DNA from: Lama glama
Taxonomy: Eukaryota
Direction of reading: 5' to 3'
DNA length: 64,000 nt
Assembly: GCA_028534125.1 (NCBI GenBank)
Contig: CM052816.1
Span: 17,610,001 to 17,674,000, forward strand
Shown: in pieces, positions 25,661 through 39,597 of the stretch
Layout of the letters: every line of letters begins with the position of its first letter
How positions within the stretch are numbered: the first letter of the stretch is position 1
The notes under the pieces: generated by a model
Database searches by the model: none
Told to the model about the DNA's origin: nothing
What the model saw: only the letters and a program-made list of their open reading frames with translations
Translations under genes and position numbers: made by a program

Positions 25661-27134
25661 TTAGATGTGGTCTCCTGTTTTTCTTGAGGTTCACTCAAGC
25701 TAAAATTCTGTAAGCAAATGTATTACAGTTCATTGGGTTTGGCTGTGCCCCTTACCTTTTTCTGGAGGGCTCAGGCAGCCTCGAGTCAGAGGCCTTCTGT
25801 GGAGGTCTGTGCCTACTGTTTGTGTGCTTCATCAAATCCCACATCCCCGGTCCCTGCTACATGAGCTCATGTCAAGATTCTACATGGTGCTGAGTACACC
25901 TTTTAACCTGTCTTCCTGGGATGATGAATTGTCCTAGTGGTGTGTCAGGACACCTCCACCAGCCCTTCCAGAGGAGACCCCTAAACTGGGATTTATCTGT
26001 GCTTGTCACAGATGAATGCTATTTACTTATGAGGCCTGCATTAGTGTCAGGCCAGTGGGAAAGCCTTTCCATCTCCTGATTCACGGGGCTGCACTTGTCA
26101 AACACTAATGTTTGTAGGCAAAGCCTGCAGTGCAATTTCGCAGCCTGGATGCTTCTTTAGTTCGTTTTCAGTCGGCCATGACGCACTTTGTAGCTGCCCA
26201 TCATGGCCCCTCTATTATCTGGACACCCTTCCTTGCTGCTTTGCTCATAACTCTCACTAGAGATTATGCCTTTAACTCCACTATATAGGCCTTGAGTTTC
26301 CATCGCAGCTCCACCTGTATGACAGTCTGCCTCTGTGACTTGGGACATGTGAGAAGTCACATTGCTTTTCTGTGCTTTAGTTTCCTCCACTTAACTGGAA
26401 TACAAATAAAACCTACCTTACTGAGTTGTTAAGATTCAATAAGGTGATACAGGAGGAAAAACCTTTTGTAAAATGAAGGGGTACACTATGTGCCTTTATT
26501 GTTTTGTATATGATGCAGCTCCATGGATACTTGATTGACATCAAACAGTGCTTTTTTTTTTTTTTCAGTAAAAAAGACATTATCTAAGCCTGCTTGGTTA
26601 GTGAGGTTGGAGTCTACCCTCAACTTCCATATGCCAGTATTATAAACACTGTTTACAGTTGTCCTTTACTGGGGGGAAACTGGGTAGCTGTTTCTGCAAG
26701 TACAGGGCCCTTTAATTCTTAGCTTCTGATACAGTTGTAAAGTTGTCGGGAATGATGGAGGTGTATTTTCTAAATGAAAAAAGTCAAGTATGATTCATTA
26801 GCAGCCTCTCTGGTTGAGCTCCTTGGATCCAGCAGTTATGATGAAATATAGACGTGACCATTTCGAGGGGCCATTAACTCTGTGTCATTGTTCGTGGAGC
26901 TTGGAGGAGGAAGGATGGAGAGGAGGGGCAGGTAAAAGATAGGGCTTCATGGGGATACTGACATTAGGGCAACACAGTGACAACTGAGTAGGATTCTGTG
27001 AAGAACATGTATTGATTAATGACCGCAAGGGACATGGATGTTTATTGTGGAATATTGGGGAAATAGAGTAGTCTAAATAACAACAACAAAAAACCCTATA
27101 TTGCAGTCATGCAGGCAAACTTCTGTTGTATATT

Positions 27135-27610
27135 TATGTATTTATTCAGCGTATTTACTCAATGCCTCTTACAGGCCAGGTATGGGGATACATCAGTGAA
27201 CAAGACAGGATTTCTGCCCCTGTGACAGCTTGTGTCCCAGTGGGGGGCAGAGGGAGACATGATAAACAAGTGGTAATCTCATACTGCAAAGGAAAATAAA
27301 GGGAGAGATCAGTGCCAGGAGTAGTGGCTTGAGGGGGTGGAAGGAGGAATTTAAAAAAAAAATGGGAAGGAAGGACTCACTTCTAAGAGACAAATGAGCA
27401 GAGTTGTTAGGAAGGAGAGAGTAAGCCATGTGGATATCTAAAGATGGAACATTTCAGGTGAGAAAACAGCTAGTGCAAAGGTCCTGAGGCAGGAGAGTGC
27501 CTACTTTGTTCCTGCACAGTATGGCTGGAGCAGAGGGGAGAGCTGGAGAATAGGAGGAACATTGAGGACCAGATCCAGTGGGGTATGTTTGGCCCCTGGA
27601 AGCTTTTCTT
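27135..27610 (-). mobile_element. LINE-2 3' fragment
   Basis: tttattcagcgtatttactcaatgcc..ggggatacatcagtgaacaagacag..gtgcaaaggtcctgaggcaggag. Confidence 0.8.
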
Positions 27611-28064
27611 TCTCTGTGTGATGCTGTATTTGTTTATTCATAGAACCCTGAATAGGAATGCCAATTGGTAGGTGAAAAGTAATGAAAAGTTTCAGGAGTT
27701 TAGGATAAGGGAAGTGACAATTCCATTACTTTATCTTTGTGTGTTGAGTTGAGCTCGTATAAATGGAGGCAGCATGTTGTAACGGCAGCTTTGCAGTGTT
27801 GGAATTGCAGGACTTGGATTCAAATCTTGTCTGTTATATCCAGCCCTGTGACTTCAGACGCATCATTTAGCTTCTTTGAGCTTCAGTTTCTTCATTTATA
27901 AAACTTATCTGATAGAGTTTTTGAGAATAGTAAGTACTCAGATCATGTTGTTTTGCATATATTAAAGAGATTGCTGAAAATTTGCCAAAGAGAGGAAGGA
28001 ATATGGTCTAATCCAGTTGACTTCCAAATTTTTCCATAAATGCTGCTGTGCCTTCAAGAATTAC

Positions 28065-28263
28065 AGAGTTCAACACATAAGCCAATAGACACATGTGGCC
28101 ACTTAAGTTAAAATTAATTGAAATGAAATAAAAGGAAGCATTCACTTCCTCAATCTTACTCCTTTTATTTCGAGCACTCACTACTCCATGTGTGGCTACT
28201 GTGTGGGCAGTGCAGACTTTAGAACATTTCCATCATCCTGGAAAGTTCCATTGGACAGTGCTG
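28065..28263 (-). mobile_element. MER3-like hAT-Charlie MITE
   Basis: cacatgtggc repeats; ends agaacatttccatcatcctggaaagttccattggacagtgctg. Confidence 0.8.
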
Positions 28264-28349
28264 TTCTAGAGCAACTGACAGACCCCTGCTCATGCTGAGC
28301 TCTGGTCCATGGTGTGGGGAGAGTGCTAATGCCCTTCTTTGTGGTGGCA

Positions 28350-28530
28350 TTTCAGGATGTTGCCCCTAGATCTCCATGACCACAGTCACTTGGGAGAGGA
28401 AGTGGGGTGGCATTTCTAAGCCCCGTGGTAGATCTCCTGAATCAGAATTCCTGAGGGTAAGGCCCAGGGATCTGTCTCTTAATCACGTCCTCTGTGATTC
28501 CAGCACAGGCTAAAGTGTGCTATTCGGGGC
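28350..28530. mobile_element. MER5-like hAT-Charlie MITE
   Basis: ctcctgaatcagaattcctgagggtaaggcccagggatctg. Confidence 0.6.
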
Positions 28531-29711
28531 TCTAAAGGGCACTGTCAGAATTAATTAAGGCGTGTTGCACGTCCTAAGATGCTCTGATGGTGTGAACTCC
28601 AGAACTGCAGAATATTATTACTAGTTGCAAATTGCTTTGGTGAGTCAGTTCCTTTCCTCCTGGTCCACTTGAGATTAGACTAATTTGTTGGGCTCTGTTA
28701 ACTCCCTGCAGATAGCGTTTCATGTGTTCTCATAAAAGCTGCCTGTGTCTTATTTGTACTTTCAAAATATTCCTGAAGTAAATGGTACTCTGTGTTGGTT
28801 TATTAGATTTATTAAAAAAAAAACCCCAAAACAATACCCAGCGGCCTGTAGTATACAGTGAAAAGAAAAAAAAGGCCACAAACCAACCCCAGAGCTGAAT
28901 TAGACTACATGGCCATGGTTTTGTTATAGGAACATGCCAGGCTGGCAGTGGCCACACGGGATTACTAGACCAAGAAGATAAACAAGATTAAAATGGAATT
29001 ATTTCTCATTCCAGATCAGGATTTTCCACTGTTTTTGCAGCAAGGACTCTGGGGAAAATACCGCCTGCAAAGAGTTTACTGTCATAGTGCCTGTTGGGTG
29101 TTTGTGCAGTGATAAATCAGTGGATTTATGGATTTAATTTCCTCTTATTACTAACCCCCTTCCTATCTGAAGATACGAATTTAAAAGGTAAGGTGTGTAT
29201 CTACAGGTAGTAAAATACCATTTTGATCATTCTCACTGGCTGAGTCTTGTACGAATTAAAATCACCAAAAAAATCTCATTAAAAATGGGTCGATTCATTA
29301 CGCCATAGAGATTCATCTGTAAGAGACAAGCCTGGCTGTGTGTTCAGTTCTGCTGCTGAAGGGCTTAATTCTGACAGTTGTTTGCTCTGGAAGGTGATGA
29401 GTGACTCGGCTGTCGCAGGTTCTGTCTGCATCCGTGGTAGCTGCCCCAACATTTTGGTCTGGTTCCCTTTTACCTTTTCCTTTTAACTGCACTAGTGAAT
29501 AGGGACAGTATAGAGTTTTCTCATGAAACCATGTTGCTTTCCTTTCTCGGAAGCTGAATCAGGGTTTTGGAAATTCTACTTAGGGTGCTTTCCATTTGAA
29601 ACACGCCTTGGAGGTAATTCAGACCGCTTGACTTCACCCCATCCAGTTTGCCACCACTTGCTTTGAAAAAGGTCCCTACCATACATCATACCTTATTCAG
29701 AGACCTCTGCT

Positions 29712-30210
29712 GTGTTAGGACTTTAAAGGTTGCAAGCAAATGAAACCCAATTTAGACTGGCTTAAGTACAAAGCCAGGTTATGGTCTACTTAATTTGAAA
29801 GCCCAGCTGTGGGCTTCAGGCAGGGCTGCACCCAGGGCTTGCTCTCACTCTGTCCTCATCTCTCTGCTGCAGTGGCTTTGGCATGTTGGCTTTATTCTCA
29901 GATATGCTTTTCCCATGTGACTTGAAAAATGTTCTCCAGCACTTCCAGGACAACTCTTCTTAATGGAGAACCCTGTCTGTCTGGCATCCATATGCAGACT
30001 CGGGGAGGACTCTTACTGAGTTGTGGGATTGCGTTTCCCCATTCCTGTGTGAACTCCTGTCGTGTGGCAAGGAGGGAGAACCCACACTGACCATGCCTGA
30101 GTCATGTGGTTCTCTGTGTGGCTAGGGGTGTGGTCAGCTAGACCTGGACCAAAGGTAAAGGGTTCTCTTAGAGGAAGAGGGGGACCCTGTGGGTCAGACA
30201 AAACAGATGT
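29712..30210. mobile_element. Old MaLR LTR (MLT1J/K/L-like) remnant
   Basis: Begins tgttaggact..ggttgcaagcaaatgaaacccaatttagactggcttaag. Contains ggctttattctcag. Confidence 0.6.
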
Positions 30211-30789
30211 CTACTCCACTGCTCCAGGTGGAGCATCCTCAGGCCTCCCTCCAGCTTTTGTTTGTGGAAGGATTCTTCTGCCTCAGCTTGCCCCCTCTCC
30301 AGACTCCTTTCTTACTATGAGTTTGGCTCTGACCTGGGTCTGTGAAGCAACCACGCAGGCAGGAGCATCCCCAGATGCTGCTTCAATAGGTTGGCCTTCT
30401 GGAGTTGCCATGGAAACACCATGATGTCCGGGCCCATTCTGGCTGGTAGGACCTGGGAGACTACTGACCTTTCAGATAGGGGAGTGTTGGGTTCACATCC
30501 TGCCTGTGCCCTTCACTGGCCTAATGAAGTTTTCTGAACCTCATTTTTCTCATCTCTCAAATAAGGATAACAGTACTAGCTACTTAATAGCACTGTTGTG
30601 AAAATTAAATCACATTTGGCATGAAGAGGGCCCTTAGCCCATTGCTTGGCACACAGTAGGTGCTCTGTTAATGGTGGCTCCCCTCCTCTTGGCCTGTCTT
30701 CTCTCTCCCTGTCACTGGCATGAATGCCTTTGCTGAGGCAGACGCTTGGATTTCCTGTTCTTCCTCAGATTGTCAGGTAGTTTAGGGAG

Positions 30790-31020
30790 GTGGCACAGCA
30801 TGGGGCTAAGTGTGTGGGTTCTCCAGCAGGAACACCTGGACTCCATCTGCGCTCTAGCTCTTCCTAGCTGTGTGACTTTGGGTAGGCCACTTAACTCCTC
30901 TGAGCTTAGTTTGCTTATTTGAAAAGTACAGTCAGGACTTAGGAAAATTATATGAGTTAATCCATTTTAAGTATTGAAAACAATACCAGCACTTAGTAAG
31001 TGATAATACATTTATTATTA
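30790..31020 (+). mobile_element. MIR SINE
   Basis: ctagctgtgtgactttgggtaggccacttaactcctctgagcttagttt core. Confidence 0.8.
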
Positions 31021-31207
31021 TTTATGCCACTGTCAGGTTTCCCGTATGCTTTTTTGGCTTCCCGGACTTGTCAGGGTTGAGACAGGTTGGTGCCCCTCCC
31101 TTGCGCTGGCGAGGGGGTGTGCCCATCCAGCAGTTCACCTGGTGTCAGAAGAACATACTCTGCCATGTGCATGTTTCCTTGGAAATGCGTGTTTCTGGCT
31201 CAGAGCA

Positions 31208-31435
31208 CAGCTGGCCCTTGAACAGTGTGGGGGTTAGGGGCACTGGCCCTCTGCACAGCCGAAAACCCGCATATAACTCGTAGTCTCTAGAAGCAGTTTC
31301 TCTGTGTCTGCATTTCTGCATCCGTGGATTCAGCTGACCCTCGACCATGTCGTACTATAGTCCATATTTATTGAAAAATATCAGCAGATAAGTGGACCTA
31401 CACAGTTCAGACCCATGTCGTTGGGGGGTCAACTG
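31208..31435. mobile_element. Tigger2-like MITE (TcMar-Tigger)
   Basis: Terminal inverted repeats CAGCTGGCCCTTGAAC.. / ..GGGGGTCAACTG followed by TA. Confidence 0.85.
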
Positions 31436-31509
31436 TATTTCTTTATTTCCAGCTAAGCATTGACTCAGCTAAGATCACATAAATACAGCAGAATAGACTA
31501 TCTCTGTTT

Positions 31510-32420
31510 CACTCATTTCTTAAACTTTTGTACTGGAGTATAATATGCAAGTGAACAAGGTGCACAAATAGAATAGATTTCTTACCAAGTGAGTACACCC
31601 ACGTGACTGGCCCTAGATCAAGCAGCAGGACATGAGTAGCACCCCAGAAACTTCAGTCATCCTCCCCTGATCTTACTCTTCTCCTGACTTCTTTCTGCTG
31701 CTTTCCTCCCAGAGGTTACCATGTGTCTAACTTTTCACTATATGTTAGTTTTGTCCTTTTTTGAAATTAAATGACATTGTGCATTTTATATTCTTCTTTG
31801 GTCTTTTTTCACTCTGTATTATGCAAGTAGTCTCATCCACTTGGTTATCATTGCTGCCTAGTATTCCATTGTGTGAACAGACTGCAATTTATCCATTTTG
31901 CTCTTGGAGGATATTTGGGTTGTTTGCTGTGAAGATTATTTTGAGTGTTACTGCTTATGAACATTCTTGTATCCATCTTTTTTCTGTACCTGTACTCATT
32001 TCTGTTGGGTGTATTCCTAGGGGTGGGGTTACTGGGTCACAGATCCATGTAAATATCTTTAGTTTCAACTGTTGGGTGGTTTTCTGAAGAGGCTGTGCCA
32101 TTGTAATGCTACACTCCTGCAAGTGGTGTGTGAGTGTCAGTCACTCTGCATCTTTTCTTAGACTTGGTATGGCCGAAGTTCAGTGTTTTAGCCCTTATGG
32201 TACATTTTGGCCTGGGGGGGATCCTATTATGTGAAGTGCCTGTTCAGATCTCTTGCGCTTTACTTTTAACTGGGTTGTCTGTCTTTTTAAAAATTGATTT
32301 ATCTAAATTCTTTTATACATTCTGAATGCTAGCCATTCATTTGTTAGGAATGATGCAAGTATCTTCTCCCTGTGGCTTGGTTTTTTTCACTCTCTTTGTG
32401 GTGGTTTTTGATGAGGAAGA
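31510..32420 (-). mobile_element. Ancient L1 (L1ME-like) 3' fragment
   Basis: Antisense L1 3' motifs: tagtattccattgtgtgaac, gcttatgaacattcttgta, ttgggtgtattcctaggggtggggttactgggtcac. Confidence 0.75.
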
Positions 32421-32899
32421 TGCTGTATGAGTTTTCATCTCTGCATACCATTTCCCTTACATATTTTAAAGAAGCATCTAGGAAAGCGTGGCTCCCTGCT
32501 CTTTTTCAGCAGAGTGTACAGCTCTCTGTGGCTTTATTCTGGCATCAACCAACACAGACGTGTGGCTCTTTCCTCCTGAACTGCTTTTTCTTTTTGAGAA
32601 AACAGAACCACTTTCCCTCACCTTTGCCTCTGGCTTACATGTTAGGATTTTGTTTTGTTGTTTTTTTCTTCCTTCTTTTTGAAAGTCAGTGATTCTTTGG
32701 ACCTGTTTTCAGACTATGGAGCCAGGGAGTGCTGTTTTTCAAAGAAAAGCAAGAGGCCAATCAAGTGTTCCTTTTAAACTTTTCCACCTAAGATCCTAAT
32801 ATGATTGGCCAGCTTTGAAAGAAAGAGTAATTAAGGGTTAAAATGCACATACATGAGAATCATATATTAAACAATGACTATTTCTAGTGGTTACTCTTT

Positions 32900-33110
32900 C
32901 TGAGGATTCATCAGTCCTTTTGCTGAGTGCTTTACATGGATTACCTCCTTTGAACTTTATAAACTCTATGAAGTTGGCTCCATTAATAACCTCATTTTAT
33001 AGACTGGAAAAATGAGGTTCAGTAGTTTTCCAAGGTCACACACAGTCAACACATGTTGGGGCCAAGATTCAAAGTGGGCTCTGTTGGACTCCCAAGATCA
33101 GTGCTCTGCT
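32900..33110 (-). mobile_element. MIR SINE
   Basis: ctcattttatagactggaaaaatgaggttcag..ccaaggtcacacac. Confidence 0.75.
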
Positions 33111-36055
33111 GTGCTGTCCTCCTGGTGAAGATGCATCCTTGGGCTTTACAGGATCAAGCCAATCAAACCACATTTCAGGCCTCCTGCTATGAAAAGCTCG
33201 GTACTGATGAACAATTGGTAGCTTCTCCTACCCCAGTTCTCCATCTCAGAAATAAATCGATGAAGCTGACTGGCTCCTCAGTGCCTTTCAAAGTGCTTCT
33301 ATTTCTCCTCATTACAGAAGGCATTGTACCTTGTTCCTTGGATGCAAACAGGAGGACCTGCAAGTTTTGAGTAAAATATGGTAGACTTCAAGGCTTAGTC
33401 ACAACCTGGTCTAGAATAATGTATGTGAAAAATCATTGTGAGTTCAGGTTTGTTTTTTAAATGGAACCTGATGTTCAGGCTTGGCAGCAAATAACTGCCT
33501 GGTCTCAGGAACCTAGGAGTGGCCAGGGATTAGAACCTCTAGATGCTTCCAGATGATCTCTCTGTTCATTGGTTAAAAGACCCTTGATTTCCAGCCTGTT
33601 GGACCAAATTCTCATAGCCATGAGGGTGGGAATTGGCCCTGGTTGGAGAGATAAGACCTTCAGAGGGAAGGTGTTGAGTAGGATTCAGGATTCTGTGCTG
33701 GGCTGTCTATGTTGGGGGCAGCTTATTGTCAAGGTTGGGTTGGGGTATTCCAGGGGTTCCGATATCTCATAGATTTTTGGTTTATGGCTGGGGGAAGTAG
33801 TAGTTTTGCCATTACCTCTTTTTTTCAAAACGTCATAGCACTGTGCCTGGAACAGTGCAGTTGACCACCATTGATGTTTGGATGCTCTGTCTATGTTGTA
33901 GAGTTGTGTGCTTGGAGGGAGAAAGTCATCCAGAAGCTGGGGGCTGGGCCTGACTCCCTCTTGCTGGGTGAAGCATCTTCAGCGCTCTGGGCACCATGAC
34001 TTGTCATTTGGAGGTGACCCTTGCCCCTTTCCTTCTCTCTCCAACTAGAGGGTCTTGTCCTCTGGTGCTTCCACTCGACTATTGGTTACCTCTCATGAAG
34101 GAACTTCCCTGCACACTTAACTTGAAAATAGTATTTTCTCAATTTTACGGCTTGTGACTTCCACCCGCCCATTGCTTCTCTCTCCACGTACGTACCGCCT
34201 AAAGCATAAACAGCTGTTTTCTGGGTAATTTTCCACCTCGCCTTTTGAACATTGAGCAGTAGGGGTGGGCTCTGGGAATGATTGCCCTAGCCTGAACCAG
34301 CCGCCCAGAGACACAGCTACACTGGCAGCATAAAGATGGGCTGTTTAGGGACTTCAGAGCTTAGTAATTGCAGAGGGCAATTTGCTTTCTCTCCTCACTA
34401 GTGTCTGTCTAGAGACAATTGCAAAAACTTTTAGGGGCACGTGAGAAAAATCTTATCCTTGGAGCTGGAACTGAAAACGGAAAGAAAATGCAGTTTCTTT
34501 TACTGGCTTAACTAATTCCCAATAACTTAACTAAGTTTTTTCCCGCTGAGGTCTCAGGAAGACAGTCATTGAATGTTTTTTATTTATTTTGCCATTTGGG
34601 TAGGGTGTGGGAGAAAGGAAGTCTCATGGGACCTGAAGGACTCTTTATCAGCACTGTCGCTCTGGGGAGCTGTCCCCATGTGCTAGGCAGGAGCAGGCCT
34701 CTGTGTTTCAGGACCTCCTGCAGCCTTGGCTGAGCTTGCTTCCTGCAAGTGACGTCTGACGTCTGGACGTCTGAGCCCAGGAGGAAGGGCGTGAGGCGTG
34801 TACCCATGGGCCGTCTCAGGACTGGGCTTGGGCTGTCTTCCTCCAGGGAAGTCTAGGCAGAAGCAGTTTATGACATGACAGCTGTGCAGGGCCCTTGTAG
34901 GTCTGCATTCCCTGTACTGTGTGGGTGAGAGGGGAGGGACGTTGATGGCCTGGGAGGCAGGGGTCAGGAGAATTGGGGCAGAGGAGCCTGGGGGAACACC
35001 TGAAGTGTGCTGGGTCACATTGGGTCTCACCCAATTTGCTTTGTGATTAAGAGTCCCTTTTTGTTAAGGATGACACTGATAGCATATAAATTGCATGATG
35101 AGAGGAAAATTTTGCACCTGCTCCTGGCTTCCGGTAATAAACTCTTAAGTCGTGATCACTAAGAGAGTCCATAACTGTTTGTTGAACTAAATAGAATTTG
35201 TGTAAATCTTCCTTTAAAATCCCTGTTTTCCACCGTTATCACCTTTTAGAGTAATGAAGTCCATTAATTCACATTGTGTGTGAAACAGTTGTCTTTCTCT
35301 TGACTGCAAAACTCCATTCTAACGTTTCAGAGTGGAGGTGAGCTTGATTTTCCTTAGCACCTGAGGCTTGGTGCCTGGATTGCTGTCACTGGCTTCCCCC
35401 ACCCTGCCATGGGAGTCTGTGTACTTGGACTGTATTCTGGCCCCCATCATTGTTCCAGGCTACAGGTTTCCCTGGCTTTTGGCGAGGCTGTTCTTCCTGC
35501 CCCCTGTCCGCTGAGGGGTACATAAGCAGAGCTACTGCAGCCAGCTTGGTGCCCTTAGAATAGGAGGAAGAGTCCTGTCTGGGTAGGAACAGCCCTGCTC
35601 CAGGGTGTGGCTGATGCATGCAGTGCACACAGCATTTTAGCCCCCGCTCCTCTCCTGACAAGGCATTCTTACACAGTGAGCAACCTCTACAACCGTCCTT
35701 GCCATCTCTGGGGACTCTCATGTGTCAAGTCCATGGGTAAGGCTCAATACATAGTAGATGCTCAACAATTCTTAGTTCCTTTGTCATTGCTTTGTACTTA
35801 TAATGCTGAGAAGACAGTTGCCAAATTCGAAGTATTTTTGAAGCCATGGGTATAGTGGGGAGTATATGACCCTTGAAAACAGGTCAGTCTAGGCTTGGAT
35901 CCTGCCTGGCTTTAGATTAGCACACTTAAGCCAAGTGTGTGAACTCAAGCAGGTTTCCTAACATCTTAGCACCTCGTTCCCTTTGTGTTGAAAATAGGAC
36001 CACACGCTGCATCTGCCACATGGGGTGGTAGAGAGCGTTAAGAAGTCTGTTTAGA

Positions 36056-36230
36056 GCAGGGGTGGACAGACTCAGCCCGAAAGCTAAATCCAGCTGAGCT
36101 CACTAGTTTGGAGTGATTTGTACACTTTTAAAGGGAGACAGGGAAAAGAATGTGTAGGAGAGTCTGTGTGTGGCCCACAAAGCCAAAAATATTTATTCCC
36201 TGGCCCACAGAAGAAGTTTGCTGACTCCTC
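36056..36230 (-). mobile_element. MER58-like hAT-Charlie MITE
   Basis: tggcccacaaagccaaaaatatttattccctggcccacagaagaagtttgctgactcct. Confidence 0.75.
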
Positions 36231-37534
36231 CTTCAGAGGGTTGAGCCCTGTGGGCCACAGTTCCAGCTCTTCACGTGCGGTTTCCCCTCTTCCACCTCTT
36301 CCACATCTTTCCCCAGGGCTCTCTCTGTCTGAGCATCTGGTGCAGGAGGCTTCCATCACCAAGATCAGCCACAGAGGCCGAAGAAATGAAGATCTGCTCA
36401 AAGCGAAAGTCCGTAGCAGTTAGGTGTTTTATGTCTTCCTGCCTTTTAAGTGTGAAGCTCACTGAGGACCATGTGTGCTTAGAGTTACTGCAGGTGTGAG
36501 TAGCTTTTGATAATTTCTAATGAATAATCATGTTTAAGCTGAGTACCGGTGGAACATTTTTCTGACAATCTTTAAACTGGTTATTTATTTTTCTTGGAGA
36601 AATAGAACCCAAAATGTTTCAGTAATGAACTGCCGCTGTTATTACGGGACCTGTTCACATTCTGGTGAGGGAGATTTATGTTCCCAGGTAGATTTTAGTT
36701 GTGAAAGATTTAAGAATAGTGTAGCAAAGAGTAGTTGTTAATAAGCACAAAAGGTCTGGGTAGCTATGGTTGACTATGTGTTCATAATTTATTCAAGATT
36801 TTCTCCAATTCTATCATTCAGGCCTAACTGTTGTGGGCCCAAATGTGAGTGAGGACCAGCAGGAAGGCAAGCAACAACCCAAATCAGATTTTTGGTAAAG
36901 CAGACTACAGCTTTGTTAAGATGTGTGTGCTCACATGCGATCGCCTGGGAGCCACGCATGGCCTGCATGCCTTTTAGCCAGTCTGAGCTCGCATTGCTGC
37001 CCAGAGAGGAGGCTCGATAATCTGGGGTGATTCAGGGATCAGACTGAAGACTGGTGCACCCAGCCAGCTACTTTCACATAGGATGGGAATTGGCCCCTCT
37101 TGGAACCTGATCCGTGCTGTACATCTTAGGGGCAAGGTCCTGTTTCATCCTCTGTCCTTCAGCCCCAACTATACCCTAGCCACCACGGGCATACTGATGT
37201 AATAGCTTGTTCCTCCCCCCTCCCTCTGGTGTTTCCTGGGGTTTCAGTTTTTCTCCCCTCTCTTTCCATACTCTGGCTTCCTCCCATATCTTAGCACTAC
37301 AGGCTCAGTTTCCCTGGGCTTTGTCAAAGGTGGGCCTTTCCCTTAAAATAATTAAATTACAAGTTGCCAAGAGAATCCTGATTTCTCCACATATCTGCCC
37401 TGACATTCAAACAATAGCTCTTCTGAGTCTTTGCAGGTTGATCAGGTCTGAGTTAGGTCCAGCAGAGTCCTTCCTTCAGGAACTGATGGCCTAGAGCTCG
37501 GTGGGGTACTCAGACAACATGGGGTGCTGGGCCG

Positions 37535-37790
37535 TTGTGACATATGGAAAGGGCCCAGGACTCTGCAGTTGGACAGATCTGGATTTGAATCCTTGCCTGG
37601 CTGCTTCTTGCTGTGTGACCCGGAGCAATTTACTCAACCTCTGTGAGCCATAGTTTCCTCAAAGCTGAAATGTAGGGGAAGCCTCCATCCTTGTAGGATC
37701 ATTGTGATGATTATGGGGGATGATTGACATAATGTGCAGAATGTAGTGCTTGGCTGGCAGTAGGCGCTCTGTAGATATCCATTGCTTCTC
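37535..37790 (+). mobile_element. MIR SINE
   Basis: ggatttgaatcc..ctgtgtgacccggagcaatttactcaacctctgtgagccatagtttcctc. Confidence 0.8.
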
Positions 37791-39547
37791 GTTGTAGGTT
37801 GAACACAGGCTCGAGTTGCTGTTTCTTGATCTTCCTTTAAAAAATGGTGAGGTCCCAGCACCTCCCTAGGACCTGGGTCCTTGCTCTCCTGTCCACTGGC
37901 TCCATTTTGGGTCTGGAGTAGAAAATAGTCTCATATTGCCCGTGTTCATTCACTTTGTCTCTAGATCTTTTCCCTTCAAGACTATTTGCAGTCTCTTTTC
38001 AGTCCCTTTCCTCCTCTCCACTGGTTCTTAGTCATCTTTACCTGCACATCTTTAACTGGATCTGGGTTGACAGATGTGCTATAAGTTCAGGGGCTAGCCA
38101 AGGCCCTCTCCCCAAATATTCCTCACCTTCCCCCAGCAGACATGCTGGCAGGATTTTGTCACCACAGGATTGGATCCCTTATTGAATGTGAGTGGAGCTG
38201 TCACAGTCCTCTTTACTTGGCTCTGAAGGAAGATCAGGGAGCTGGTTGTGATGAGCAAGGATTGGGGAGAAGACCACGAGGGCACAGATGCCCTGCTGGG
38301 AGGTGGAGGCAGGAAGGGCAGTCTCTGATTGTTGCAACTGAGGCTCCCCATCTGGGGAAAGGCAGCAGGTGCCTTGGTGAATCTGGATTTAACATGAAGT
38401 GACCCTCACGTTCTTCCCTGGGGGTATTCTAGCCTCTGCCCCTGCAGACATCCACATACTGAAAGCATGCTCACGGCTGGATTCTGAAGTAGCTTTTCTA
38501 GAAGTTCTGTGTTTATCCAGAGCATAAATGGTCTAAGAACCTACTACATTCCCACCGAGTGCTTGGCACCCATGAGGGTGGCTTTGGTCAAATGGAAAAT
38601 GCTGTGATTTCAGAGCGCTCCTCAGAGAGAAGGTAGATTTAGCGCCACACTGTTGGTTCTCTCCTTGGCGCTTAGTTCAGCAGTCAACACTGCTGAGTCA
38701 AAAATAAGTTCTATCACAGCCTCTGAGGAGGCTTTATCCCCACCTGGCAGGGCTGGGAGGATTCAGCTAGGGATTTCCTTTCTCCCCAGCTATCTCGGAA
38801 GCCCCTGAGAGCTGAGGAAGAGACATTTAATGGCTGACTTAGAACCTCGCAGCTCTTCCCCAAGCAAACACGTCTGTTTGTATTATCACCTCATTTTGAA
38901 GGCATTGCCTCCTTCCTGCTGAGTCTGTTCCCACTGATAGCAGGAATGTGGGTCCCATCCGGAGCTAATGTAGACGTTCCCAGTCAGGGATGCCTGCAGA
39001 CACTTGGAAGGGCTGCAGCGGCAGCCGACAGATAATGAGAAATCCATCACACACACACGCTTGCTTGCAGTTCCGAATCACATGCATTAAGCTGTGAGTA
39101 ATGTGATTACTTAAGTGGCATTTTATTTACACTTTCTCACCGAGCAGTGGCTGCTGCTTTTCTAAAGCAGCCATTACCCAGATTTGATTCCTTAAAACTC
39201 TCCTTAGAGTCAGGATGGCAGCATCACAAATATCCTAATCCAGAGGAAACTGGCGATCTGTTTTTAAAACTCTGTTATCAGCTTACAGCAGAGGATGTGC
39301 TGAGGTCAATTTAAAAATGCAGTGACCATGTTTGGATTTTTGGTGTATACTCTGTGCTGGATATTTTGCATCTATGTCCTGAGTAATCCTCCCAGTAATC
39401 CCAGTGGAATGGGCACCATTGCTCTGTTATACACGTGAAGAAACTGAAGCTCAAAAAGGTTGGAATGTTTGCCCAGAATCACTTCAGCAAGGACAGTGGA
39501 GACGTCAAGAGAAGTAACAAGTTAAGAAACTGCTGTAGGCTTTAATG

Positions 39548-39550
<3 letters not shown>

Positions 39551-39595
<45 letters not shown>
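39551..39595. repeat. (TG)~22 microsatellite
   Basis: Perfect TG run. Confidence 0.98.
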
Positions 39596-39597
<2 letters not shown>
